From Prosthecobacter sp. (GTDB taxonomy: Bacteria > Verrucomicrobiota > Verrucomicrobiia > Verrucomicrobiales > Verrucomicrobiaceae), in contig NZ_JACSRD010000202.1 of the NCBI RefSeq assembly GCF_014879935.1, forward strand, positions 4,572 through 68,571: 64,000 bases of DNA, read 5' to 3'. Numbering within the stretch: position 1 is the stretch's first letter; every line of letters starts with the position of its first letter. The notes under the pieces are model-generated. The model was given only the letters and a program-made list of their open reading frames with translations. It was not told the origin of the DNA and did no database searches. A program made the position numbers and the translations under genes. Below are positions 1-7,482 of the stretch, piece after piece.

Positions 1-880
1 GCCAGTTGAGGAAGCGGAAGGGCAGCCAATCGGGATGGCGGATGACGGCGATGAAGACGGGGACGAGGGCGAGGCCTTGAACCGTGTAGCGCCAGGTCTC
101 GCGGAAGGCGACATCGCGCAGGACGAAGCTGCCAAGCAGCACGACGAGGCTGAGGGGCAGCAGGACGAAGAGCAGGGGGCGACGCGGCAGGCCGCCGGGA
201 TCGAGCGCGGGATTTTGCCAGACGGCGAGGGCGCAGCCGAAGAGCAGGCCGTCGAAGCGGGTGTCCGTGCCATGGCAGGTGCGCGGATGATGGCTGCTGC
301 CGTTGTGGAGGTCGATCACCTGCCAGTGATGCACGAGCAGCATCCGCCACGCGAGCACCAGCCCGGCGAGGCCCATGAGGACGATGAACTGATGCCTGCG
401 ATCCGGCAGAAGCTTTCGCAGCCCGAGGTAGAGCAGCGGGAAGAGCAAATAGAAGTGCTCCTCCACCGCGAGCGACCACATGACCTCCGTGCCCGCCGGC
501 TGAAGCCCGCCGTTGATCTCCCAAAAATTGGAAATGAAGCCCGCCTGCGCCGCCATGGCCTGCCAACTGAAGCCGCCCTCCACCCAGCCCTTTGCCGCGA
601 GCAGCGTGATGACCGCCAGCACGAGGTAGAACGGCGGAAAGATGCGCAGCGCCCGGCGCAGATAAAAATCCCGCAGGTTCACCCCGCCCGTGCGTTCGCA
701 CTCCATCCGCATCAGCGTGGTGATGAGGTAGCCGCTGAGGAAGAAGAACACCGTCACCCCAAACAACCCCGGCACGACATGCGACAGCCCCGCATGACTC
801 AGGAACACGATCCCGATCGCGACCGCTCGCAAGCCGTCGAGGGAAGGGATTTTGAAGAGACTGGGAGACTTGGAGACCAT
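1..880 (-). CDS. Acyltransferase family 3 (OafA/YrhL-like integral-membrane O-acyltransferase); C-terminal part lies beyond the left edge of the window
   Basis: Absent from the ORF track because no stop codon falls inside the window. My own translation of the minus strand from ATG 880-878 stays open to position 1: MVSKSPSLFKIPSLDGLRAVAIGIVFLSHAGLSHVVPGLFGVTVFFFLSGYLITTLMRMECERTGGVNLRDFYLRRALRIFPPFYLVLAVI... LDGLRA-A, the His, GV-FFF-LSGYLIT and RI-PP-Y are acyltransferase_3 N-terminal hallmarks. Hydrophobic segments continue to the edge. The listed plus-strand ORF 35..955 is its antisense shadow. Confidence 0.8.
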   Translation of the reverse strand, partial: MVSKSPSLFKIPSLDGLRAVAIGIVFLSHAGLSHVVPGLFGVTVFFFLSGYLITTLMRMECERTGGVNLRDFYLRRALRIFPPFYLVLAVITLLAAKGWVEGGFSWQAMAAQAGFISNFWEINGGLQPAGTEVMWSLAVEEHFYLLFPLLYLGLRKLLPDRRHQFIVLMGLAGLVLAWRMLLVHHWQVIDLHNGSSHHPRTCHGTDTRFDGLLFGCALAVWQNPALDPGGLPRRPLLFVLLPLSLVVLLGSFVLRDVAFRETWRYTVQGLALVPVFIAVIRHPDWLPFRFLNW

Positions 881-912
881 GAGACTGGGAGACTGGGAGA
901 CTGGGAGAAGGG
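857..912. repeat. Tandem octamer array, about 7 units of GAGACTGG (plus strand)
   Basis: Read directly: gagactgg gagacttg gagaccat gagactgg gagactgg gagactgg gagaaggg. Unit 3 carries the reverse-complement ATG (878-880) of the acyltransferase. Confidence 0.9.
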
Positions 913-987
913 AGAGGTTCTCTGTTCGCTGTTCTCTGTTGGTGCTTCGCGTTGAGAACTGAGAACTGAGAACTGAGAACTAGGAAC
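913..987. repeat. 7-nt periodic tract ending in (TGAGAAC)x4 plus the variant TAGGAAC
   Basis: 920-940 ctctgtt cgctgtt ctctgtt; 953-980 tgagaac x4, perfect; 981-987 taggaac. The cta at 980-982 is the stop codon of the GT4 gene 980..2305. Confidence 0.9.
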
Positions 988-2305
988 CGCTCCCCATCGG
1001 CGTGCCCCAGTCGGGCTTGGTGGGGCGGTGGCCGAGGAGCCAGTGATAGACTTCGACGATCTGTTTCGCCTTGGCGGGCCAGGTGTAGTAGGTGCGGACG
1101 TGGTCCTGGGCGCGGCGGCCGGTTTCGGCGAGCATGTCGCGCTGGGTTTGGACGTTGAGGAGGAGGTCTCGCAGGCGCGTGATGATGTCGTCACGCGTGG
1201 TCATGGGCAGGACGAAGCCGGTGCCGGGCGGGACGAGCTCGGGCGGGCCGCCGTGATCGAGCACGACGGGCGGCACACCGAGCGCCATGGCCTCCAGCAC
1301 CGCGCCGCCGCCGAACTCGCGGATGCTGGGGAAGACAAACAGATCGCTCTCGCGCAGTCGCGGACCGAGCTTCGCATGATCGATCCAGCCTTCCATGCGC
1401 ACGGAGGCCGTGAGGCCGAGCGATTCGATCATCGACTGCAAGCGGCCGCGCTCGGGTCCATCGCCAATGATGTCGAGCGTGGCTCCACCGGCCTTCAGCA
1501 AGGGCGCGGCGGCTTCGAGTAGCATGTCCACGCCCTTCAGCGCGACGAGTCGGCCGACGAAGGAAAGGCGCAGCGGCTGCTCACTGCTCAAATCGGGGGC
1601 GTCACGCGGCGTGAGCGGGAACTTGGCGAGATCGACGGCATTCTCGGGGATGAAGACGCAGCGGTCGCGCACGTTTTCCGGCATCTCCCGCAGGGTGGTG
1701 CGTGAGGCGGTGAGGATGGCGCTGGCGCATTCACGCGTGGCGGTGATGCCGGGCGTGAGTTTGTAAAGCGCCCGCAGCTTGCCGGCGGCATCGCGTTCAT
1801 TGCGGCGCAGCTCGTCAAAGCCCTTCGGCCAAGGCACGCCGCCATTGAGCGGGCCGAGGGCAAAGGGCATGCCGATCTTCTTGAGCCGCGGCGCGATCCA
1901 GCTCGGTGTGGTGGGTGAGAGGGGCAGGATGCGGTGGACGAGATCAAACTCGCCCGCTTTGAAGCGCGGCTCGAACTCGCGCCACAGCGTGCGCTCGAAG
2001 AAGGGATAGACGAGATTCGAGAGCAGCGCGTAGAGGCTCCAACTGAAGTTGCTCTTGCCGCTGAGCTTGTTCGTGAGGCTCCACGAGAGGTGTTGGAGGC
2101 GGCGGTTGTTGATGGCGGTGAAGTCCTTGCCCTCGACAAGGCCCGCCTTGATGAAGTCATCGCGATTGCGCCACTCGGTGACGATGTGCGCATCGGTCTC
2201 CGCGGCGATGGCCTGCACGCAGGACCAGCCGACGAGCGCGGCGCTGGTGAGCGCGGGATTCGCCGCCTCGGCGATGAGGAGCGGGCGGATGCGTTTCGTG
2301 CTCAT
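980..2305 (-). CDS. Glycosyltransferase family 4 (GT-B fold)
   Basis: 441-aa ORF. The C-terminal half has the GT4 donor-binding pattern: FVGRLVALKGVDMLLEAA..DIIGDGPERGRL..VFPSIREFGGGAVLEAMALGVPPVVLDHGGPPELV. ATG 2305 overlaps the stop of the upstream gene by 1 nt. Confidence 0.85.
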   Translation of the reverse strand: MSTKRIRPLLIAEAANPALTSAALVGWSCVQAIAAETDAHIVTEWRNRDDFIKAGLVEGKDFTAINNRRLQHLSWSLTNKLSGKSNFSWSLYALLSNLVYPFFERTLWREFEPRFKAGEFDLVHRILPLSPTTPSWIAPRLKKIGMPFALGPLNGGVPWPKGFDELRRNERDAAGKLRALYKLTPGITATRECASAILTASRTTLREMPENVRDRCVFIPENAVDLAKFPLTPRDAPDLSSEQPLRLSFVGRLVALKGVDMLLEAAAPLLKAGGATLDIIGDGPERGRLQSMIESLGLTASVRMEGWIDHAKLGPRLRESDLFVFPSIREFGGGAVLEAMALGVPPVVLDHGGPPELVPPGTGFVLPMTTRDDIITRLRDLLLNVQTQRDMLAETGRRAQDHVRTYYTWPAKAKQIVEVYHWLLGHRPTKPDWGTPMGSGS

Positions 2306-3369
2306 CAGTTGCTTCCTCCGCCGATGTTGACGTTCAAGCCGATGCTCTGCGCATTCGGTGCGCCTGCGTGGCTGCCTTCCGTGGCGGCGACGAGGCGCAC
2401 GAAGGTGTTCACGGCTTCTTTGGCGAGGTGGATGGGCGAGATGCTGCCCGCGCCGGGCACATAGACGATGTCGCCCGGCTCCAAGGTGACGTTGGTGGCC
2501 TTGCCGGTCATGATGTCGAGCGCATTCACGGTGGCGATCTTTGGCTCGGTGAGCGAGCCGCGGATGATGGAGACCTTTCTCAGATCGGCATCCGGCCGGA
2601 TACCGAGACCGCGACCGAGCGCGGACATGAGATTCATATCGCTCATGAAGCCGATGGGCCGTGGCTCGGTGACGGCACCGAGCACATAGACTTCATTCGT
2701 GAGCGCGGAGGGCAGATAAACATAGTCATCAGGCTCCAGATAGACGTTCTGCGTCATATCGCCCTCACGCACGAGCTTTTGAAAATCTACGGGCAGCATG
2801 CGGCCGCGACGGATGAGGAAGCTGTGCTGGAGATCGGCGAGCTCCTCGGTGGTGCCGGTGAAGCGGGAGGTGAAGAGCCCGCCCGCCTGCGAGATGGCAT
2901 CCAGCACGCGCATGGGCTGCTTCAGCGGGTAGATGCCGGGGGCATTGAGCCGCCCCAGCACCCACACGCGCTGGCTGACGGCATCCCGCAGCGTGACGGC
3001 GACCTGCGGCTGCTTGTAGTACTTCGTGAGCTGGGTTTCGAGCTCGGTCTGGAGCTGCTGCGTGGTCTTGCCTGCCACATCGAGGCCGGGAAGCAGGTCA
3101 TAGTAGATCTTTGCGTCCGGCGTGACGAAGGTGTCGGTGCGCGTGCCGGTCTCGCCGAGGATCTCGATCTCCAATTTGTCGCCCGGGCCGAGGGTGTAGG
3201 CTTTGTCGGGTTTTTGGAGCCACTGCGGGTCGATGGCGGCCTTCGGTGCGGATTGGGTGAAGGCGGGGGCGGCTGCGGAGTCGTCGCGGGCGTCGAAGCG
3301 GGGGCCTTTGACCAGCGAGCAGGAGGAAAGGATGAGAAGCAGTGGCAGGGAGCACGGTTTCAAGAACAT
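2305..3369 (-). CDS. Wza-like outer-membrane polysaccharide export (OPX) lipoprotein
   Basis: Poly_export signature YTLGPGDKLEIEILGE..VTPDAKIYYDLLPGLDVAGKTTQQLQTEL..YYKQPQVAVTL, followed by SLBB-like units (VWVLGRLNAPGIYPL, VYVLGAVTEP). Start re-set to ATG 3369 (MFLKPCSLPLLLILSSCS, a lipoprotein signal with lipobox LSSC). The 60 extra codons in the track run through the heptamer array and the upstream motif. Confidence 0.85.
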   Translation of the reverse strand: MFLKPCSLPLLLILSSCSLVKGPRFDARDDSAAAPAFTQSAPKAAIDPQWLQKPDKAYTLGPGDKLEIEILGETGTRTDTFVTPDAKIYYDLLPGLDVAGKTTQQLQTELETQLTKYYKQPQVAVTLRDAVSQRVWVLGRLNAPGIYPLKQPMRVLDAISQAGGLFTSRFTGTTEELADLQHSFLIRRGRMLPVDFQKLVREGDMTQNVYLEPDDYVYLPSALTNEVYVLGAVTEPRPIGFMSDMNLMSALGRGLGIRPDADLRKVSIIRGSLTEPKIATVNALDIMTGKATNVTLEPGDIVYVPGAGSISPIHLAKEAVNTFVRLVAATEGSHAGAPNAQSIGLNVNIGGGSN

Positions 3370-3396
3370 GCGGAAACCGTCGCGAAGGGCGCGGGT

Positions 3397-3419
3397 GGGA
3401 CAATCCCCGCAGGTGAGGG
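3397..3419 (-). promoter_or_regulatory. Conserved upstream motif, copy 1 (minus strand CTCACCTGCGGGGATTGTCCC)
   Basis: One of 8 same-orientation copies. Its core lies 33 nt upstream of ATG 3369. Function is not established. Confidence 0.5.
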
Positions 3420-3424
3420 AGAAG

Positions 3425-3459
3425 GAATGACGAATGACGAATGACGAATGACGAATGAC
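3425..3459. repeat. Tandem heptamer array (GAATGAC)x4 plus the variant GAATGCG
   Basis: Read directly at 3425-3452 (4 perfect units) and 3453-3459. It sits 56-90 nt upstream of the wza-like start, immediately distal to motif copy 1. Confidence 0.9.
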
Positions 3460-3624
3460 GAATGCGGAAGAGGTGGAGAGTTGGAGGCGACGGGAAGAGG
3501 CACGGTGAAGCGTGAACAACGTACTTCCAAGCCCAGGGGCGAGGCGCATCGATGCTCCGTCTCAGGAAGCGCGAAGGATGAAGCGCGTCCCTATCCTGAT
3601 CTCTCAGCTCTCCCGCTCTGCGGC

Positions 3625-4326
3625 TTACTGCTGGTGCTCGAGATACTTGATGACCGCCTCGGTGCGGGAGCGGACGTGGAGCTTGGCGTACACGGCCTTC
3701 AGGTAGTCGCGCACGGTCTCGTAGCTGATGCCGAGGTCGTGGGCGACCTCCTTGGGGACCATGCCCTGGGCGAGGCGTTCGAGGATCTGGCTTTCGCGGG
3801 GCGTGAGGCCGGGGATTTCCTTTTTCTGCGGCACCACGGGCTCCTGAAAGCTCTTGATGAGCAGGCGGGCGATCTCCTGGCTGAGCGGGGAGCCGCCCTC
3901 GCTGGCCTGACGGACGCCGGTGGCGATCTCATTGGGCCGGGAGGACTTCAGCAGGTAACCGTTGGCACCGGCACGCAGCGCGGCGAAGACCTTGTCCGGA
4001 TCATCGTGAATGGTGAGGACGACAAAGGCGGTGTTGCTGAGTCGTGGCGACATCTGGCGGATCAATTCGATGCCGGAAACCTTCGGCAGCTCCAGATCGA
4101 CGATGACGACGTGCGGCCGTGTCTCGGCGATGGGTTGGGCGGCTTCCTCGGCCGATTCCCAGGCTCCCACGAACTCAAAGCCGTTCGACGGTTTCTGAAT
4201 CAGCTTCTTGAGGAACAGACGCAGAGTGGCGTCATCCTCGACAACGCCGACGCGCAGTGTCTTGAGGGTGCTGGAACCGTTGCTGGAACCGTTGATGGAA
4301 TCGAACATGGAGAAACTAAACGGCAT
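3625..4326 (-). CDS. NarL/LuxR-family two-component response regulator (REC + GerE-type HTH)
   Basis: REC: RVGVVEDDATLRLFL..VVIVDLELPKVSGIELI..AGANGYLLK. HTH: LTPRESQILERLAQGMVPKEVAHDLGISYETVRDYLKAVYAKLHV. The 661-aa track ORF is an Arg/Pro-rich artefactual extension that overlaps the next gene out of frame. ATG 4326 is used; ATG 4308 is an alternative. Confidence 0.9.
   Translation of the reverse strand: MPFSFSMFDSINGSSNGSSTLKTLRVGVVEDDATLRLFLKKLIQKPSNGFEFVGAWESAEEAAQPIAETRPHVVIVDLELPKVSGIELIRQMSPRLSNTAFVVLTIHDDPDKVFAALRAGANGYLLKSSRPNEIATGVRQASEGGSPLSQEIARLLIKSFQEPVVPQKKEIPGLTPRESQILERLAQGMVPKEVAHDLGISYETVRDYLKAVYAKLHVRSRTEAVIKYLEHQQ
4270..4293. repeat. Perfect 2 x 12-nt in-frame tandem duplication (gctggaaccgtt) in the N-terminal tail of the response regulator
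   Basis: Read directly. It encodes NGSS-NGSS upstream of the receiver domain. Confidence 0.9.
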
Positions 4327-4415
4327 GGCAGCCTGGGCAGACAACGCTTTTTTCCTAAACCTTGTCGTAGGCGAGGGTAAGACTTGGTTAGATTGCGCAA
4401 GCAATGAGGGCAGAT

Positions 4416-7400
4416 TCACCGGATCGAGGGAAGAATGGGATTCTGGATGTAGGGGCCGATGTTGTGGTTCGTCCAACTGGAGACCGCGCCTTGCAGGAAG
4501 GCATTGATGGCGAGGTTCAGCAGCTCCTCCGCCCGCGCCCAGGGGCGGTCGGCGATGTAAACGATGTCCTTCGGCTCCAGGCGGAACCCTTTGTCGCGGG
4601 CGGTGAGCACGTCGTCCATGTCCACCACGAAGCGCTCCGGCTTCTCCAGCGAGCCGCGGACGACCAGCACCCGGCGCGTGTAAGCCTTCTGTGTGAAGCC
4701 GCCTGCGGTGGTGATGGCGCTGTGCACGCTGGTGTGGGCCAGCAGGCCCTGCGTGCCCTGCATCTTCACATCGCCGAGGACGTAGATCTCGTTGGAGTTC
4801 GCGGAGGGGAAGTAAAGGTAGTCGCCCGGCTCGACGGGGACGTTTTGCGTCATGTCGCCATGCAGGAAGAGCGATTCGAGATTCACCGGCACGCGCTGCT
4901 GGCCGCGCATGAGGAAGCTGCGGCCGAGATCGGCCAGTTCGACGGTGTTTTGCTGGAACAGACCGGTTTCGAGGCCTCCGGCCTCGGCGACGATCTCCAG
5001 GATGCTCATGGGGCGGTCGAGATTGATCGCGCCTTTCTTCACCACTTTGCCAAGCACGTAAACCTTGCGGCTTTGAAAGGTGAAGGGCGTGACGACGACC
5101 TTGGCGTTGCGATAGTAGCGGCGCAGTTCGGTGGTGAGCTTCTCCCGCAACTGATCGAGAGAAAGGCCGGCCACGTGGATGTCGCGAGCCTGGAGGTAGG
5201 TGAGGCGGCCATCGGGGCCGATGGTGATCTCGGAGCGCTCGTGGCCCTGGAATCCGGGCATGTGGATGTTCACCGCGTCGCCGGGGCCGAGGAGCAAGGG
5301 CTGGCTGGCGGGCGCGGCGTGGAGGAAGGTCGATGAGAGCACCAGCAGCGCCGCGAAACGTGCGAGGGCGAGCGGTTTGAGCGTGGGCGCGTGGTCCAGC
5401 ACCGCGGCGACGAGGCGGCAGCCGGCGTCCCGATACATGCGCAGCGCGTCGCTGACATTCTGCACACGGGCACCGCCGCTGCTGCCAGCCCAGAGGAGAT
5501 TGGGCAGACGCTCGGCCACGAGCAGGGCCTCCGGCTGCTCCACGGACGGTAGAGTGATGAGGATCACGAGCTGCGGTGTGGTGCGCCACACATTCATCGC
5601 GGCCAGCCACTGCTGTCGCTGAGCGGCGTTCCAGCTCCAGTCGTCACCAACGCGGAGGGAGCACACGCTTTCAGGCGATTCGCGCAGGTGCTCGATGACA
5701 CGCTCCGGCTCGCGCAAGGCCTCGTCGATGTCCACGTCTCCTTCAGGCGAGATCGTGAGGCAGCCGAGGCCGCGGCGCACGGCGGCCATGGCCAGCATGC
5801 GCGTCATGCGCGTGGCGGTGGCCGCGTCGTCGGCATGCATCAGGCCGCACAGGGTGGCCTCGCCACGGGCGGGAATGACGAGCATGGGCTGCAGCCGTGT
5901 CCAGGTGCGGAAGGCCCAGGCTTCCTCGCTTTCATGAAGCTGGCGCTGGTCCTGAGGCAGCAGACCGATGACGGGCACGCCGGTGGCGCGTTTCAGATCA
6001 CCCGCGCTGCGGATGCGGCTGTCGAGGAGGGTGAAAATGATCGCCAGCAGGGCCACCACGCCGGCTCCTGCGGCGAAACCGCCGCCCGTGACCATCGCGA
6101 GCTTCTGCGTGGGCTTCACCGAGAGCACGTCCTGCGGACGGTCCATGGCGAAGAGCTTGAAGTAGCCCTGGGCATCCTCTTCAAACAGCGCCGCCTCACG
6201 CTGGCGGCTGGCCAGCAGGTCGCGCGACGCCTTGAGGGTCTGCTGCTTGGATTTGATGCTGGCGTATTCCATCGCCTTGCGCGGGAGCTGGGCCAGGCGC
6301 TCGTTCAAGCCGCTGCGCACGGTGTCCAGCTTGCCGAGCTGCTCCTGCATCACCTTCTTCTCCGACCGGAGGCGCACGAGTTCGAGATAAAGGCTTTCCG
6401 CCACCGCGCTTTCGCCGGGTTTGGGCGGGGCGTCGGCACGCGGGCCGAGGTGCTTCATCTGCTCCTCCATGGCGGCCAGCTTTTCACGCGCCTCGATCAT
6501 GGTGGGATGCTCGTCGGTGTAGCGCACTGCGAGCTCGGCCACCTGACGACGTGCGGCGTCGAGACGCGCGGCGTTCGTGTCCACCTTGTCGAGCTCCTTC
6601 TCCACGCCCTGGATGCGCAGGTCGAGCGTCTCGTGATCGAGCTTCAGGGTCTCGTATTTCAGCGTGAAATTGCCCAGTTCGCCGAGCCACGCGTCCATCT
6701 GCTTGTCCGCATCGACGAGCTGCTCGCGCTTCGCGTAGGCGAGCAGTTCTTCATTCGCCTTCACGAGATCGGCATCGGTGCGCCCGATCTGCTGCTGGAG
6801 GAACTCGCGCATCTCCGTGGCAGAACCGCGCTGGAGGTCACGGGCGAGCATCAGCACCTCGGAGATGTAGGCCTGCAGGATCTCGAGGGAGGCCTGCGCG
6901 CTCTGATTGCCCGTCATGCTGATGGAGACGACCTCGGTGTTGCGTTCCGGGGCGATGACGAGGCCGGAACGGATCACGCGTTCATCGTAGCGGCCTTGCA
7001 GGCGCTTGGCGGCCGCCTCGACGACGTTGCCGTTGTACATCAGCTTGATGAAAGTCGGGATCGTCATGTCCCGCGGGCGGAAGGATTCGCCGGAATCGGA
7101 CTGGCGGAAGGCGGCCGCGGCCTCCTGCTTGATCAATTGCGCCCGGGCGGTGTGGAGGGTCTCAAAGCGGTCATAACCGACGACAAACATGCCCGCGGCC
7201 AGGGCACCGCCTGCGACGAGCATCAACCACCAGCGACGCACCAGCGCGTCGATGAGCCGCAGCGGATCAAACGGCAGCTTGATGGACGCCGCCGCAGGCG
7301 CGGCCGCTTCCACGGCCGGTTCCAGGTCGAGCATCACCTCCGCGCGTCTCCGGGCCAGCGCCCGACGCCGCAGCACGCGGGGGCGCAGATGGTTCGGGGA

Positions 7401-7427
7401 TGAAGGAGTGAGGGCTAGGTCTGACAT
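4416..7427 (-). CDS. Fusion protein: Wzz/Wzc-like polysaccharide co-polymerase (PCP) + degenerate BY-kinase-like domain + C-terminal Wza-like OPX domain
   Basis: N-terminus: TM (WWLMLVAGGALAAGMFVV), Wzz-like region and a long coiled coil (..LKLDHETLDLRIQGVEKELDKV..AELAVRYTDEHPTMIEAREKL..), then a second TM (LAMVTGGGFAAGAGVVALLAIIFTLL). Middle (about 5385-5950): P-loop-ATPase-like layout with no Walker A (LCGLMHADDAATATRMTRMLAMAAVRRG) and a degenerate Walker B (LVILITLPS). C-terminus (4416-5384): hydrophobic segment FAALLVLSSTFLHAAP, then Poly_export LLLGPGDAVNIHMPG..ITIGPDGRLTYLQARDIHVAGLSLDQLREKL plus SLBB units. There is no in-frame stop anywhere. First ATG is 7427; the track start TTG 7436 is an alternative. 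Confidence 0.8.
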   Translation of the reverse strand: MSDLALTPSSPNHLRPRVLRRRALARRRAEVMLDLEPAVEAAAPAAASIKLPFDPLRLIDALVRRWWLMLVAGGALAAGMFVVGYDRFETLHTARAQLIKQEAAAAFRQSDSGESFRPRDMTIPTFIKLMYNGNVVEAAAKRLQGRYDERVIRSGLVIAPERNTEVVSISMTGNQSAQASLEILQAYISEVLMLARDLQRGSATEMREFLQQQIGRTDADLVKANEELLAYAKREQLVDADKQMDAWLGELGNFTLKYETLKLDHETLDLRIQGVEKELDKVDTNAARLDAARRQVAELAVRYTDEHPTMIEAREKLAAMEEQMKHLGPRADAPPKPGESAVAESLYLELVRLRSEKKVMQEQLGKLDTVRSGLNERLAQLPRKAMEYASIKSKQQTLKASRDLLASRQREAALFEEDAQGYFKLFAMDRPQDVLSVKPTQKLAMVTGGGFAAGAGVVALLAIIFTLLDSRIRSAGDLKRATGVPVIGLLPQDQRQLHESEEAWAFRTWTRLQPMLVIPARGEATLCGLMHADDAATATRMTRMLAMAAVRRGLGCLTISPEGDVDIDEALREPERVIEHLRESPESVCSLRVGDDWSWNAAQRQQWLAAMNVWRTTPQLVILITLPSVEQPEALLVAERLPNLLWAGSSGGARVQNVSDALRMYRDAGCRLVAAVLDHAPTLKPLALARFAALLVLSSTFLHAAPASQPLLLGPGDAVNIHMPGFQGHERSEITIGPDGRLTYLQARDIHVAGLSLDQLREKLTTELRRYYRNAKVVVTPFTFQSRKVYVLGKVVKKGAINLDRPMSILEIVAEAGGLETGLFQQNTVELADLGRSFLMRGQQRVPVNLESLFLHGDMTQNVPVEPGDYLYFPSANSNEIYVLGDVKMQGTQGLLAHTSVHSAITTAGGFTQKAYTRRVLVVRGSLEKPERFVVDMDDVLTARDKGFRLEPKDIVYIADRPWARAEELLNLAINAFLQGAVSSWTNHNIGPYIQNPILPSIR

Positions 7428-7456
7428 GGTCCTCAAAAGTGCGCCTCACCTGTGGC

Positions 7457-7480
7457 GGGGACAATCCCCCCAGGTGGGGG
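7457..7480 (-). promoter_or_regulatory. Conserved upstream motif, copy 2 (CCCACCTGGGGGGATTGTCCC)
   Basis: Core 7464-7476, 36 nt upstream of ATG 7427 and directly after the stop (7483-7485) of the preceding gene. Here it is followed by an inverted CAGGTG, which gives a possible hairpin. Confidence 0.5.
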
Positions 7481-7482
7481 AA

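Noticed and set aside
35-955. 306-aa plus-strand ORF, highly acidic and low-complexity (MADDGDEDGDEGE...)
   Set aside because: It is the antisense shadow of the acyltransferase_3 gene, which reads convincingly on the minus strand (1..880). It has no family resemblance, and its composition is typical of wrong-frame translation of GC-rich coding DNA.
857-3459. Possibility that the tandem 7-mer and 8-mer arrays are CRISPR arrays or minisatellite-encoded peptide repeats
   Set aside because: The units are contiguous with no spacers and far shorter than CRISPR repeats, and no cas genes are present. The only coding overlap is the first 8 codons of the acyltransferase.
3625-5610. 661-aa ORF in the track, and similar long N-terminal extensions of many minus-strand genes (for example 7483..8865, 11711..13315, 16109..17677, 25621..27054, 33393..34925, 36151..37719)
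   Set aside because: The extensions are Arg/Pro/Ala-rich. They overlap the upstream gene out of frame or run through intergenic repeats, and several start at TTG or GTG. Recognisable family N-termini (for example MKILYVHE, MRILTLTN, MKIAYAM) begin at internal ATGs that often form ATGA overlaps with the upstream stop. I therefore shortened them.
5688-7403. Long antisense ORFs opposite real genes (also 9483..11273, 11735..12997, 21607..22860, 24399..25706, 40236..41690, 44473..45759, 49127..50728, 58727..60067, 60878..62470 and others)
   Set aside because: Each lies fully within a confidently assigned gene on the other strand. Their composition is biased (Arg/Gly/Ala/His-rich) and none shows a recognisable motif. 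Such ORFs are expected by chance because stop codons are rare in GC-rich DNA.
4416-7427. Splitting the PCP-OPX ORF into two conventional genes (wzc-like and wza-like)
   Set aside because: There is no in-frame stop codon anywhere between the domains. I see no frameshift signature, and both halves are in the same frame. Internal initiation remains possible and is flagged in the findings rather than annotated.
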